This document shows, one piece after another, positions 1 through 9,078 of a stretch of DNA of 64,000 nt. Positions within the stretch are counted from its first letter, which is position 1. Each line of letters begins with the position of its first letter. The DNA is from Candidatus Binatia bacterium (GTDB taxonomy: Bacteria > Desulfobacterota > Binatia > DP-6), in assembly GCA_036009625.1 (NCBI GenBank), contig DASYLJ010000101.1:1483-65482 (forward strand), read 5' to 3'. Both the position numbers and the translations under genes were made by a program. The notes beneath the pieces are model-generated. The model was not told where the DNA came from, ran no database searches, and saw only the letters and a list, made by a program, of their open reading frames with translations.

Positions 1-1125
1 CGCCGACGTCCCACCGAGCGCAACATTGTTCATCGAGCCGCAGCTCGCCGCCGGAATGCGATCGGGTGCGGCCTTCGCCAGCGCGCGGAACAACACGTCG
101 ACGATGCGCTGCGACGTCTCGACGTTGCCGCCCGCGACCGCTGCCGGCGACAGTGCGTTCACGACCGAGCCCTCGGGCGCGGTGATGGTGAGCGGTCGCG
201 CCAACCCCTCGTTCGGTGGGATCGCCTCCGGTGCAAGCGTGGTGAAGACGTAGAGCACGGCCGAGCGCGTCACGGGGATGTTCGCGTTCACCGGTCCGCG
301 CGTCTGCGGCGCGGTGCCCGCGAAGTCGATACGGGCACGACCGCCGCGCAGCGTGATGGCGACGGCGACGCGGATGTTTCGTGTGCCGAGGCCGTCGTCG
401 TCGAGCACGTCGTGGGCGCGGAACGTGCCCTCCGGCAGACGACGGATCGTCGCGCGCATGAGCGCCGCCGAATAGTCCTGCAGCGCCGCCATCTCGGCCG
501 CCAGGCGCGACGGACCACGACGCTGCGCCAGTCCACGCACGCGCTCCGCGCCGACGCGCAGCGCCGCCCACTGTGCGTGCAGGTCGCCGACGCGCTCGTC
601 GGGCACGCGTGTGTTGGCGAGAATGAGTGCGAGCACGTCGTCGACGATGCGATCGGCCGCCACCAGCTTCACCGGCGGCAGCCGCAGGCCCTCCTGGAAG
701 ATGTCGGTCGCGAGCGGCATCGAGCCGGGCGACATGCCGCCGATGTCGGCGTGGTGCGCGCGATTCGCGACGTAGGCGAACGGTTTCCGACCGCCACGCA
801 GGAAGACGGGCGCCACCACCGTGACGTCGGGCAGATGCGTGCCGCCGGCGAACGGATCGTTCAGCACGACGACGTCCCCCGGCCCCATCGGCACGCGCGC
901 GATGGCCGCACGCACCGAGAGCGGCGTCGCGCCGAGATGGACGGGGATGTGCGCCGCCTGCGCCACGAGGCCGCCGTCGGCGTCGAAGACCGCGCACGAG
1001 TAGTCGCGCCGCTCCTTGATGTTCGGGGACAGCGCGGTGCGGCCGAGCACGACGCCCATCTCCTCGGCGACGGCGGCGAGGCGATGGTTCGCGATCTCGA
1101 GGGCGATGGGATCGTGCTCAGGCAT
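1..1125 (-). CDS. hyuB: N-methylhydantoinase B / 5-oxoprolinase subunit (HyuB family), C-terminus beyond window edge
   Basis: Absent from the ORF track because it runs off the edge. Manual reverse translation from the ATG at 1125-1123 gives MPEHDPIALEIANHR... The last codons in the window read RIPAASCGSMNNVALGGTSA, the conserved HyuB GxMNN..GG block. The ATG overlaps the hyuA stop (ATGCCTGA). Confidence 0.8.
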   Translation of the reverse strand, partial: MPEHDPIALEIANHRLAAVAEEMGVVLGRTALSPNIKERRDYSCAVFDADGGLVAQAAHIPVHLGATPLSVRAAIARVPMGPGDVVVLNDPFAGGTHLPDVTVVAPVFLRGGRKPFAYVANRAHHADIGGMSPGSMPLATDIFQEGLRLPPVKLVAADRIVDDVLALILANTRVPDERVGDLHAQWAALRVGAERVRGLAQRRGPSRLAAEMAALQDYSAALMRATIRRLPEGTFRAHDVLDDDGLGTRNIRVAVAITLRGGRARIDFAGTAPQTRGPVNANIPVTRSAVLYVFTTLAPEAIPPNEGLARPLTITAPEGSVVNALSPAAVAGGNVETSQRIVDVLFRALAKAAPDRIPAASCGSMNNVALGGTSA

Positions 1126-3076
1126 CGCGGTCCTCCAGCATCAGACCGCCGGTGCGCTCGACCGTCACGCGCCATCCGGGTGGGACGACTGTCGTCGCGC
1201 TGTACTCGCAGACGATCGCCGGACCATCGTGCCGCCATCCCGACGGCAGATCGTCGCGACGGAAGACGGGCGTGCGACGCGGGCGACCGTCGAACACGAC
1301 GGCGCGCGTCGCGCGAGGCGCCCCGTCACCGCGGCGTCGCGCCGGCTCGGCCGGCACCGTGAACGCGCCGCCGCGTGCGCGCAGCCGCAGCGTCACCACC
1401 TCGACCGGCCGTTCCGGTGCCGCATGCCCGAAGAGGCGTCGATGACGACGATGGAAGTCGGCGGTCCATCCGCGACGCCACGGTACGTTCACCTCGTACG
1501 ACTGCCCGGCGTAGCGAACGTCGAGCACCGTCTCGACGCGGGCATCGCGCACGCCCTCGGCTGCCAGCGCGGCGTCGGCCTCGCGACGCAGCGCGCGGAA
1601 GCCCGCGGCGAGCACGCGCTCGGGAGGTGCCACCTGCCGCAACGTCCGGCCGACGTCACGCACCACGTCCGCCGACAGCATGCCCCACGCCGACAGCAGT
1701 CCGGGATGTCGCGGTACGAACACGCGGCGCATGCCGAGCGCGCGCGCCAGGTCGGCGGCGTGCAGACCGCCCGCGCCGCCGAACGCCACCAACGTGAGCT
1801 CACGCGGATCGTGGCCGCGCTCGACCGTGATCACGCGCAGCGCTCGCTCCATGGCCGCGGTGACGACGTCGACGATACCGGCAGCGGCTGTCTCGAGCGA
1901 GCGACCGAGCCGCGCCGCCAGTGGCCGCAGCGCCGTCCGCGCGCGCGTCGGGTCGAGCGCGAGCTCCCCACCGAGAAATTCCGTCTCGACGAGGCGACCG
2001 AGCACGAGGTCCGCGTCGGTGACGGTGGGCAGCGTGCCGCGTCCGTAGCACGCCGGCCCGGGGTCGGCGCCGGCGCTCTCGGGCCCGACGCGCAGCGCGC
2101 CGCCGTCATCGAGCCGCGCGATCGATCCGCCGCCCGCACCGACGGTGTGGATGTCGATGACGGGCACGCGCACCGGCAGCCCCGCCGCCATCGTCTCGGC
2201 ACTCCACGACGGCGCACCGTCGACGAGACTGACGTCCGTCGACGTGCCGCCCATGTCGAACGTCACCACGCGCGTGAGCCCGGCGCGTCGCGCGCGACTG
2301 GCCGCACCGACGACACCGCCGGCCGGACCCGACAGCACCGTACGCACCGGCTCTGCCGCGGCGAGCGTGGCGCCGACGAGGCCTCCGTTCGACTGCATGA
2401 TGCGCAGCCCGTCGGGCACCGCGCGCCGCAGTCGCGTCAGATGCTCGGCCATGAGCGGGCCGACGTACGCGTTCACCACCGTGGTCGCGACGCGCTCGTA
2501 CTCGCGGTACTCGCGCAGCAGGCGGTGCGAAGCCGTGACGTGGAGCCCGGCGCCGGCGAGCGCGCGCTCCAGGCGTCGCTCGTGGTCGGGACGCGCGTAG
2601 CTGTGGAGCAGGCAGATGGCAACGGACTGGGCGCGACTCCGTCGTACCGCGGCGACGGCGCGCTTCACCGTGGCGGCGTCGAGCGCGTGTTCGACGCTGC
2701 CGTCGGCGAAGACGCGCTCGTCCAGACCGATCCGGCGGGCGGACGGGACGAGCGGCTCCGGACGCGTCGGCTCGAGGGCGTAGAGCGCGGGACGCGTCTG
2801 GCGTCCGATGGCGAGGACGTCCTCGAAGCCGGCCGTCGTGAGGAGCACGACGCGGGCGCCACGGCGCTCGAGGAGCGCGTTCGTCGCCACCGTCGAGCCG
2901 TAGTGGAGGCGTACCTCGCGCTCCCCACCGAGCCGTCGCAGGCCGTCGCGTACGGCACGTGCAGGGTCGTCGGGGGTCGACCGGAGCTTCAGGACCTCGA
3001 GTCGACCGCCGACGAGGGCGACGAGATCCGTGAAGGTGCCGCCGGTATCGGCCCCGACGAGAATGGGACCAGTCAG
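1118..3076 (-). CDS. hyuA: N-methylhydantoinase A / 5-oxoprolinase subunit (HyuA family)
   Basis: Lower part of ORF 1118..3394: LTGPILVGADTGGTFTDLV... (hydantoinase_A ATPase phosphate-1 motif) and HyuA-like throughout. The upper ORF part is an out-of-frame read of fmdB. Proposed CTG start at 3076 overlaps the fmdB stop as CTGA; the exact start is uncertain. Confidence 0.85.
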   Translation of the reverse strand: MTGPILVGADTGGTFTDLVALVGGRLEVLKLRSTPDDPARAVRDGLRRLGGEREVRLHYGSTVATNALLERRGARVVLLTTAGFEDVLAIGRQTRPALYALEPTRPEPLVPSARRIGLDERVFADGSVEHALDAATVKRAVAAVRRSRAQSVAICLLHSYARPDHERRLERALAGAGLHVTASHRLLREYREYERVATTVVNAYVGPLMAEHLTRLRRAVPDGLRIMQSNGGLVGATLAAAEPVRTVLSGPAGGVVGAASRARRAGLTRVVTFDMGGTSTDVSLVDGAPSWSAETMAAGLPVRVPVIDIHTVGAGGGSIARLDDGGALRVGPESAGADPGPACYGRGTLPTVTDADLVLGRLVETEFLGGELALDPTRARTALRPLAARLGRSLETAAAGIVDVVTAAMERALRVITVERGHDPRELTLVAFGGAGGLHAADLARALGMRRVFVPRHPGLLSAWGMLSADVVRDVGRTLRQVAPPERVLAAGFRALRREADAALAAEGVRDARVETVLDVRYAGQSYEVNVPWRRGWTADFHRRHRRLFGHAAPERPVEVVTLRLRARGGAFTVPAEPARRRGDGAPRATRAVVFDGRPRRTPVFRRDDLPSGWRHDGPAIVCEYSATTVVPPGWRVTVERTGGLMLEDRDA

Positions 3077-3414
3077 TCGCTCGACTTGGCGGCGGCGGCC
3101 TTCTTCTCGGGCTTCGACTCCGACTTCGTTTCGGATTTCGTCTCCGACTTGCTCTCGGACTTCGCCTCCGACTTGCTCTCGCTGCTCGAGCTGTCGCTGC
3201 CGCCCTTGTCCTTGTCCTTGGCGCCGCCGTTGCTGCCCGAGCGGCCGTAGTCGGTGACGTACCACCCGCTGCCCTTCAGCTGGAAGCTGGTGCTCGAGAT
3301 GAGCTTCCGAACCTTGCGCCGGCACTTCGGGCACTTCGACAGCGGCGGATCGGAGATGCGTTGGTTCTGCTCGAAATCCCCGCAGTGCTCGCACCGGTAC
3401 TCGTAGATGGGCAT
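3073..3414 (-). CDS. FmdB-family CxxC/CxxC zinc-ribbon protein with Ser/Glu/Lys-repeat tail
   Basis: MPIYEYRCEHCG...KCPKCRR is the FmdB regulatory zinc-ribbon signature. The C-terminal 55 aa are low complexity (KDKDKGGSDSSSSESKSEAKSESKSETKSETKSESKPEKK). Confidence 0.85.
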   Translation of the reverse strand: MPIYEYRCEHCGDFEQNQRISDPPLSKCPKCRRKVRKLISSTSFQLKGSGWYVTDYGRSGSNGGAKDKDKGGSDSSSSESKSEAKSESKSETKSETKSESKPEKKAAAAKSSD

Positions 3415-3423
3415 CGCTGGCGT

Positions 3424-3756
3424 CTAATCATGGGTCCCAGGCTTGTCAACGAAGAGTCTCGTCGCCAGACGGGCACGGATCGCGGCGCCGTCGATTCCCC
3501 GGACGCGGATACGCTTCTCGCGGCCATGCGCCCCGGCCTCGATGGCGAGACTCGACGGCGCGACGTCGAGCGCCGTGGCCAGCGTCGAGAGCAGCTCTCG
3601 ATTCGCGGCGCCCTCGATGGCTCGCGCACGGACTCGAACGCACACGGCGCCGCCATGGAATCCCGCCACCCCAGGCTTCGACGCCCCTGGCCGCGCGTGC
3701 ACGCGCAGGATGCTCCCGTCGCCCGTTGGGAGCAGCCAGCCGTCGGGCTCAGGCAA
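3424..3756 (-). CDS. DUF167 (YggU-like) protein
   Basis: ORF 3424..3795 contains ...GSILRVHARPGASKPGVAGFHGGAVCVRVRARAIEGAANRELL..., which is DUF167-like. An in-frame TTG at 3756 gives an 8-nt overlap with the yggT stop (TTGCCTGA) and is preferred to the ATG at 3795. Confidence 0.75.
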   Translation of the reverse strand: MPEPDGWLLPTGDGSILRVHARPGASKPGVAGFHGGAVCVRVRARAIEGAANRELLSTLATALDVAPSSLAIEAGAHGREKRIRVRGIDGAAIRARLATRLFVDKPGTHD

Positions 3757-4084
3757 TGGCGATCCAGCCGGCGACGGACGCGACACGCTCGGCAAGGATG
3801 AAGAGGCTCTGGACGACGAACATGCGCAGGAACCAGATGCCGAGCATCACCACCAGCGGCGAGAAGTCGATGCCGCTGGCATAGACGAAGGGCAGCCGTT
3901 TTCGCACCTGGTAGAGCAGCGGATCGGTCACCGCGCGCAGGAACCGCACGATGGGATTGTTGGGGTCGGGATTGACCCATGACAGCAGGGCCGAGATGAG
4001 CAGGATCCAGAAGTACAGCGTGAGCAGGTAATTCAGGATCGTCGCGACCGCGAACGTGAACTGGCTGAGGAGCACGCCTCCCAC
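3749..4084 (-). CDS. yggT: YggT-family membrane protein
   Basis: C-terminal part of ORF 3749..4351: LLTLYFWILLISALLSWVNPDPNNPIVRFLRAVTDPLL..., typical of YggT. GTG start at 4084 lies just after the proC stop; the upstream ORF part is Arg-rich read-through of proC. Confidence 0.8.
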   Translation of the reverse strand: MGGVLLSQFTFAVATILNYLLTLYFWILLISALLSWVNPDPNNPIVRFLRAVTDPLLYQVRKRLPFVYASGIDFSPLVVMLGIWFLRMFVVQSLFILAERVASVAGWIAIA

Positions 4085-4092
4085 GGCTGCCC

Positions 4093-4902
4093 TCAGGCCG
4101 CCGCGAGCTCGCGAGCGCGACGGGTGGCCGTCTCGATCGCCGTGATCACCGCCTCGCGGAAGTGATGCTGCTCGAGCGCCCCGAGCCCGGCCATCGTGGT
4201 GCCGCCCGGCGACGTCACCATGTCGCGCAGCTCGCGCGCCGACAGCCCGCTCTCGCCCAGCATGGCCGCTGCCCCGCCGAGGGTGGCGAACGCGAGCTGG
4301 GTCGCCAGGTTCTGCGGCAGCCCACCACGCACGCCGCCTTCGATCAGGCACTCCGCGAACTGGTAGACGAACGCCGGCCCGCTGCCGGACAGCGCCGTCA
4401 CCGCATCGAGCAGGTCCTCGCCCGTGATCGACACCGCCTCGCCGACGGCCTTGAACAGCTTGAGCGTCTGCTTCAGGTCGGCGTCGGTGGCCTTGCTGCC
4501 GGCGACGGCCACCGAGATGCCCTTCCCGACCAGCACCGGCGTGTTGGGCATGACCCGCACGACCCGCGCCTGCCCGCCCAACCCCGCCTCGAGGCGACGG
4601 AGCGGGAAGCCGGCCGCGATCGAGATGAAGAGCTTCTTCGGGGTGGCCTCGGACCGGATGTCCTCGAGCACCTGCGCCATGAGCTGCGGTTTCACCGCCA
4701 GGATGATGGCCTGCGACTGGCTCACCAGCTGACGATTGTCACGCGTGCCGTCGATCTTGTGGGCCCGCTTGAGCCGTCGGACCTGAGAGTCGACGGGGTC
4801 GGCCACCCAGATGTCGGCCGGCTTGTAGCGCTCTGCGCGGAGCAGCCCCCGGATAAGCGCCCCAGCCATGTTGCCCGCCCCGATGAAGCCAATCTTCTTC
4901 AT
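4093..4902 (-). CDS. proC: pyrroline-5-carboxylate reductase
   Basis: MKKIGFIGAGNMAGALIRGLL... Rossmann N-terminus and ...SPGGTTMAGL... ProC C-terminal motif. ATGA overlap with the yggS stop. Confidence 0.9.
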   Translation of the reverse strand: MKKIGFIGAGNMAGALIRGLLRAERYKPADIWVADPVDSQVRRLKRAHKIDGTRDNRQLVSQSQAIILAVKPQLMAQVLEDIRSEATPKKLFISIAAGFPLRRLEAGLGGQARVVRVMPNTPVLVGKGISVAVAGSKATDADLKQTLKLFKAVGEAVSITGEDLLDAVTALSGSGPAFVYQFAECLIEGGVRGGLPQNLATQLAFATLGGAAAMLGESGLSARELRDMVTSPGGTTMAGLGALEQHHFREAVITAIETATRRARELAAA

Positions 4903-5627
4903 GCACCCTCCCGCCAGTTACCAGGCCCACGAGGTCCGAAGAGCGCACGTCCCAGCCGTACGAGCGTCGCGCCCTCCTCGACGGCGAGCGAGAAATCGTC
5001 GCTCATTCCCATAGACAGGTGGGGTAGTTCAACCCCGAGCACCCTCTGGACGTCGTCCCGGAGCGTGCGAAGCGCCCGGAAATGTCCCCGCAGCTCAGCC
5101 TCGGCGCCCGTGGCGGGCGCGATCGTCATCAGGCCGTCGAGCGCCAGGGCGGGAAGTCCCGCCACATGGCGCGCGAGGGCCGGCACGGCGTCCGGCATGG
5201 CACCACGCTGGGCGTCCCGTCCTGCCAGATTCACCTGCAGCAGCACCGGCATTCGACGTCCCGCGGCCGCGGCCTCGCGGTCGAGGGCGTCCGCGATGCG
5301 GACCGAGTCGACCGAATGCACGCGATCGAACAGGGCGACGGCGACGCGTGCCTTGTTCTGCTGCAGCCCACCGATGAGGTGCCAGGTGACGCCGGACGGC
5401 GACCCGTCGCGCTTGGCGCGGGCCTCCTGGACGTAGTTCTCGCCGACGTCGGTGAGGCCGGCATCCAGTGCCGCCTGCACGGCCGCGGCAGGGAGCGTCT
5501 TGGTGACCGCGACGATGCGGACGGTGGCGGGATCGCGCCCGGCCCGCATCGCGTGCTCGGCGATTTCGGCGCGCACGACGGCGATGCGAGCCGCCATGAC
5601 GTCGAGCGCTTCGGACACGGCGCGCAT
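4899..5627 (-). CDS. yggS: YggS-family pyridoxal-phosphate homeostasis protein
   Basis: ...VRIVAVTKTLPAAAVQAALDAGLTDVGENYVQEA...WHLIGGLQQNK...LSMGMSDDF... is the YggS/PROSC signature. Start placed at the internal ATG 5627 (MRAVSEAL...); the ORF extends to 5654. Confidence 0.85.
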   Translation of the reverse strand: MRAVSEALDVMAARIAVVRAEIAEHAMRAGRDPATVRIVAVTKTLPAAAVQAALDAGLTDVGENYVQEARAKRDGSPSGVTWHLIGGLQQNKARVAVALFDRVHSVDSVRIADALDREAAAAGRRMPVLLQVNLAGRDAQRGAMPDAVPALARHVAGLPALALDGLMTIAPATGAEAELRGHFRALRTLRDDVQRVLGVELPHLSMGMSDDFSLAVEEGATLVRLGRALFGPRGPGNWREGA

Positions 5628-5695
5628 GCTCTCGGCACGAGGGCCACGTGTCAAGTTGCCGGCATACGGATCGCGTGGTAGCCCGGAAGAAGGTC

Positions 5696-7786
5696 ATGCG
5701 CCGCATATCGGCGTGTTGGGTGGCTGGGCTGGTGGTGGCCGCCGGTTGCCTCTCGGTCCAGCACGACCCCGTCGTTTCGCGCTCGCAGCCTCGCGCTGTG
5801 CCTGTCGTTCCCGCTCCGCAGCCTGCCGCACCGCAGCGTACCGGGGCCCCGCCACGACACCTGATCGACGTCGCGAATGCCCATCCCGAGCTCGAAGACC
5901 TGGCGCTCTACCTCCGGGTGTGGCGGGCGGCGGCGGGTGGCGACGCCGACGGCGCGGCCCGTCGCGCGAACACACTGACACGCGAGCATCCCGAGTCGAT
6001 CTGGATCGGACCGGCGCAGCTCGTCGTCGGCAAGGTTCGTCGTCGAACTGGTGACGACGCCGACGCGCGGGCGTGGCTGATCTCGGCGCGGGCGGCGCTG
6101 CCGGCGACCGACCGCCGCGCCACGATCACCACCCTGATGCTGGCGGACATCGCACTCGAGCAGGGTGACGACGCTGAGGCATCACGACTCGCGCTCGAGC
6201 TGCGGACCGCACGCGTGCGCGGCCTCGCTGCCCGTCGCGCTCGCCGGATCGCGGATCGAGTCCGCGAGCGGCAGCCTGCCCTGCTGGCCGACCCCGGCGG
6301 GCGTCTGACGGAAGGCGAGCTGCGGCTCGGCGAGGGCGACGCCGCCGGGGCAATGGACGAGGCGCAGGCCGCGCTCGCGATGAACCTCGACCCCGACCAG
6401 CGCGAGCAGGCGCTGTGGATCGAGGCCCGCGCCGAGCACGGGCTCGGTCATCGCGAGCGTGCGCAGGCCCTCTGCCTCACCCTGGCGGGTCGTGGACACC
6501 CGACCTTCGGCCCCAAGGCACTGGCCGGCGCCGCCAAGTGGCGATGGAACGCCGACGACGATGCCGGGGCGCAGCGCCTGTTCGCCGATCTGCTGGAACG
6601 CTTCCCGCAGAGCCAGGAGGCCCCCGACGCGCTCTACGCCGTCGGGCGCATCCAGCAGGAGGCCGGACAGTACGCCGAGGCCGCGACCTCCTATACCGCG
6701 CTGGCACGGCGCTTCCCCCTGGCGTCGACGGCGCAGGAGGCACGCTGGCGCGCGGGGTGGGTGCGCTTCCTCGCCGCCGACTACGACGCGGCGGCCACGG
6801 CCTTCCACGACCTTGCCATCGACAGCGAACGCGACACGCGGATCGCAGCCGAGTACTGGGAGGCGAGGTCGCTCGAAGCCACCGGATCGTCCGAGGCCGA
6901 CGCGAAGCTCGCGCACATAGCCGACCGTCACGCCGCGACGTACTACGGCGGGCTGGCGCGCGCACGACGTGGGGAGCCGCCGCAGGGTGCGACGTCGGTC
7001 GACGTCGAGGTCGCACGGCCCGTCTTTCCGTCCGGCCTGTATGGTCCGCACGCGACGCGCGCGCGTCTCCTCTACGAGCTCGGCTACCGACGGCTCGCGC
7101 GTCTCGAGCTCGATGCCGTGGCGGCGACGACGCCCACCGGCGACCTGCTCGACGCCTACAGCGCGATCGATGCGCCGGGCGCCGCACTTCGTCTGGCACG
7201 CACCAGCCCGACCGCCCGTCGCCACTACCTCTACCCGCTCGGATTCTGGGACGTCATCCGCGATCGCTCCGCCGAGGTCGATCTCGACCCACTGCTGGTG
7301 ACGGCGCTGGTGCGTCAGGAGAGTCTCTTCGTGCCCGAGGCGGTCTCACCCGCCGACGCGCACGGGCTGATGCAACTCCTGCCCGGCACGGCGCGCGAGG
7401 TTGCCGCCACGCGCGGCCTGCCCGCGCCGGATCGTCCGACGCTCCACCAGGTGGAGCCGAACGTCACGCTCGGCACCACCCTGCTGCGCCGTCTCCTCGA
7501 TCGCTACGACGGCTCGAAGGTGCGGGCGCTCGCTGCCTACAACGCCGGCGAGGACGCCGTCGCCAAGTGGGACCGCCGTTACGGCACGCGACCCGACGAC
7601 GAGTTCGTCGAGCTCATCAGCTACCGCGAGACGCGCGACTACGTGAAGTCGGTCCTCGGGCACTACGAAGTCTATCGACAGCTCTACGCGCCGAGCCCGG
7701 ACGCCACCAGCGACGGCAGGCCGCCGAACGCGCCGTTGGACATGATCACGATGACGTCGCCGGGCTGGGCGGAAGACACCAGGTAG
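5696..7786 (+). CDS. slt: soluble lytic murein transglycosylase (Slt70-like), lipoprotein-type signal
   Basis: SLT catalytic block LVRQESLFVPEAVSPADAHGLMQLLPGTA...AYNAGEDAV...SYRETRDYV, preceded by a long helical TPR-like superhelix. ATG 5696 (MRRISACWVAGLVVAAGC) carries a lipobox-like signal and a GGAAGAAGG SD. Confidence 0.85.
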   Translation: MRRISACWVAGLVVAAGCLSVQHDPVVSRSQPRAVPVVPAPQPAAPQRTGAPPRHLIDVANAHPELEDLALYLRVWRAAAGGDADGAARRANTLTREHPESIWIGPAQLVVGKVRRRTGDDADARAWLISARAALPATDRRATITTLMLADIALEQGDDAEASRLALELRTARVRGLAARRARRIADRVRERQPALLADPGGRLTEGELRLGEGDAAGAMDEAQAALAMNLDPDQREQALWIEARAEHGLGHRERAQALCLTLAGRGHPTFGPKALAGAAKWRWNADDDAGAQRLFADLLERFPQSQEAPDALYAVGRIQQEAGQYAEAATSYTALARRFPLASTAQEARWRAGWVRFLAADYDAAATAFHDLAIDSERDTRIAAEYWEARSLEATGSSEADAKLAHIADRHAATYYGGLARARRGEPPQGATSVDVEVARPVFPSGLYGPHATRARLLYELGYRRLARLELDAVAATTPTGDLLDAYSAIDAPGAALRLARTSPTARRHYLYPLGFWDVIRDRSAEVDLDPLLVTALVRQESLFVPEAVSPADAHGLMQLLPGTAREVAATRGLPAPDRPTLHQVEPNVTLGTTLLRRLLDRYDGSKVRALAAYNAGEDAVAKWDRRYGTRPDDEFVELISYRETRDYVKSVLGHYEVYRQLYAPSPDATSDGRPPNAPLDMITMTSPGWAEDTR

Positions 7787-9078
7787 TCGCGAATCGCCGG
7801 CACGCCGTCGATCGTCCGGGCCGGCACGCCACGTCGCACGATGTCGCCGACGATGGTCTCCGGCGCGAGCCGCTCGTCGGCCGGGATCGGGTCGTTCGGC
7901 TTGGCGAAGACAGCGGCCAGCACGGCCTCGTCGGCGGTCGCGAGCGCGTCGGCGAACTCGTCCTGGAAGACGCGCCGGCGGCTCGTGTTCGAGCGCGGCT
8001 CGAACACCGCCCGCAGCCGACGGCCCGGATAGCGCAGACGGAGCGCCGCCAGCGTCCCGGCGACGGCCGTGGGATGGTGCGCGAAGTCGTCGATGACGGT
8101 GACGTCGCGCACCGACGCCACGACTTCCTGCCGACGTCGCACACCCCGGAAGTCGGCGAGCGCCGACGCCGCGGACTCCCACGACACTCCCACCTCGTGC
8201 GCCACCAGCATGACGCCGAGCGCGTTGCGGGCGTTGATCGGGCCCGGCACCTGCAGCGTGGCCTCGCAGACGACGCGGTCGTGCTCGCGCACGCGGAAGC
8301 GCGTCGTCGTGCCGTCGTCGACCAGATCGGTGACGCGCCACGGATTGGCGGCGTCGAGGCCGAAGCGCACCAGCCGCGCGTGCGTGCCTTCGACGACGTC
8401 GAGCAGATGCGGGAAGTCGCCGCATGCGATCAGCGGCGCATCGGGACGCATGATGCCGAGGAGCTTCCGGAAGGCGCCCTGCACCGCCGCCAGGTCGCGA
8501 TAGATGTCGGCGTGGTCGAACTCCACCGCCGTCAGCACGACCATGTCGGGGCGGTAGTGGAGGAACTTGGGTCCCTTGTCGAAGTACGCCGAGTCGTACT
8601 CGTCGCCCTCGACGACGAACCACGGGCTGCCGCCGAGGTTGGCATTCGAGCCGAGGTCGCGCGGCGCGCCGCCGATGAGCCAGCCGGGATCGCGCCCGCA
8701 GCGCGCGAGCACGAACGCCAGCATCGACGCCGACGTCGTCTTCCCGTGCGTGCCCGCCACCACCAGCGGACGCCGGCCCTCCAGGAAGAGCTCTTCGAGC
8801 GCCTGCGGGAACGACGTCATGCGCATGCCCTGCTCACGCGCCGCCGTGGCCTCGAGGTTGGTGCTGCGAACGGCATTGCCGCACACGACGAGATCGGCAC
8901 CGACCAGGCGCGCCGGGTCATAGCCGCTGTTCACCGTCACCCCGAGCTCTTCGAGCAGCGTGCTGGCCGGCGGATACGCCTGGTCGTCGGAGCCCGTCAC
9001 CTCGTGGCCCGCTTCGCGCAACAGGGCGGCGAGCGCGCTCATGCCGACGCCGCAGGCGGCGATCAGGTGGACCTTCAT
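7684..9078 (-). CDS. mpl: UDP-N-acetylmuramate:L-alanyl-gamma-D-glutamyl-meso-DAP ligase
   Basis: Lower part of ORF 7684..10104: MKVHLIAACGVGMSALAALL...VVAGTHGKTTSASML...VVEGDEYDSAYFDK... Mur-ligase/Mpl motifs. ATG 9078 forms an ATGA overlap with the upstream gene stop. Confidence 0.9.
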   Translation of the reverse strand: MKVHLIAACGVGMSALAALLREAGHEVTGSDDQAYPPASTLLEELGVTVNSGYDPARLVGADLVVCGNAVRSTNLEATAAREQGMRMTSFPQALEELFLEGRRPLVVAGTHGKTTSASMLAFVLARCGRDPGWLIGGAPRDLGSNANLGGSPWFVVEGDEYDSAYFDKGPKFLHYRPDMVVLTAVEFDHADIYRDLAAVQGAFRKLLGIMRPDAPLIACGDFPHLLDVVEGTHARLVRFGLDAANPWRVTDLVDDGTTTRFRVREHDRVVCEATLQVPGPINARNALGVMLVAHEVGVSWESAASALADFRGVRRRQEVVASVRDVTVIDDFAHHPTAVAGTLAALRLRYPGRRLRAVFEPRSNTSRRRVFQDEFADALATADEAVLAAVFAKPNDPIPADERLAPETIVGDIVRRGVPARTIDGVPAIRDYLVSSAQPGDVIVIMSNGAFGGLPSLVASGLGA

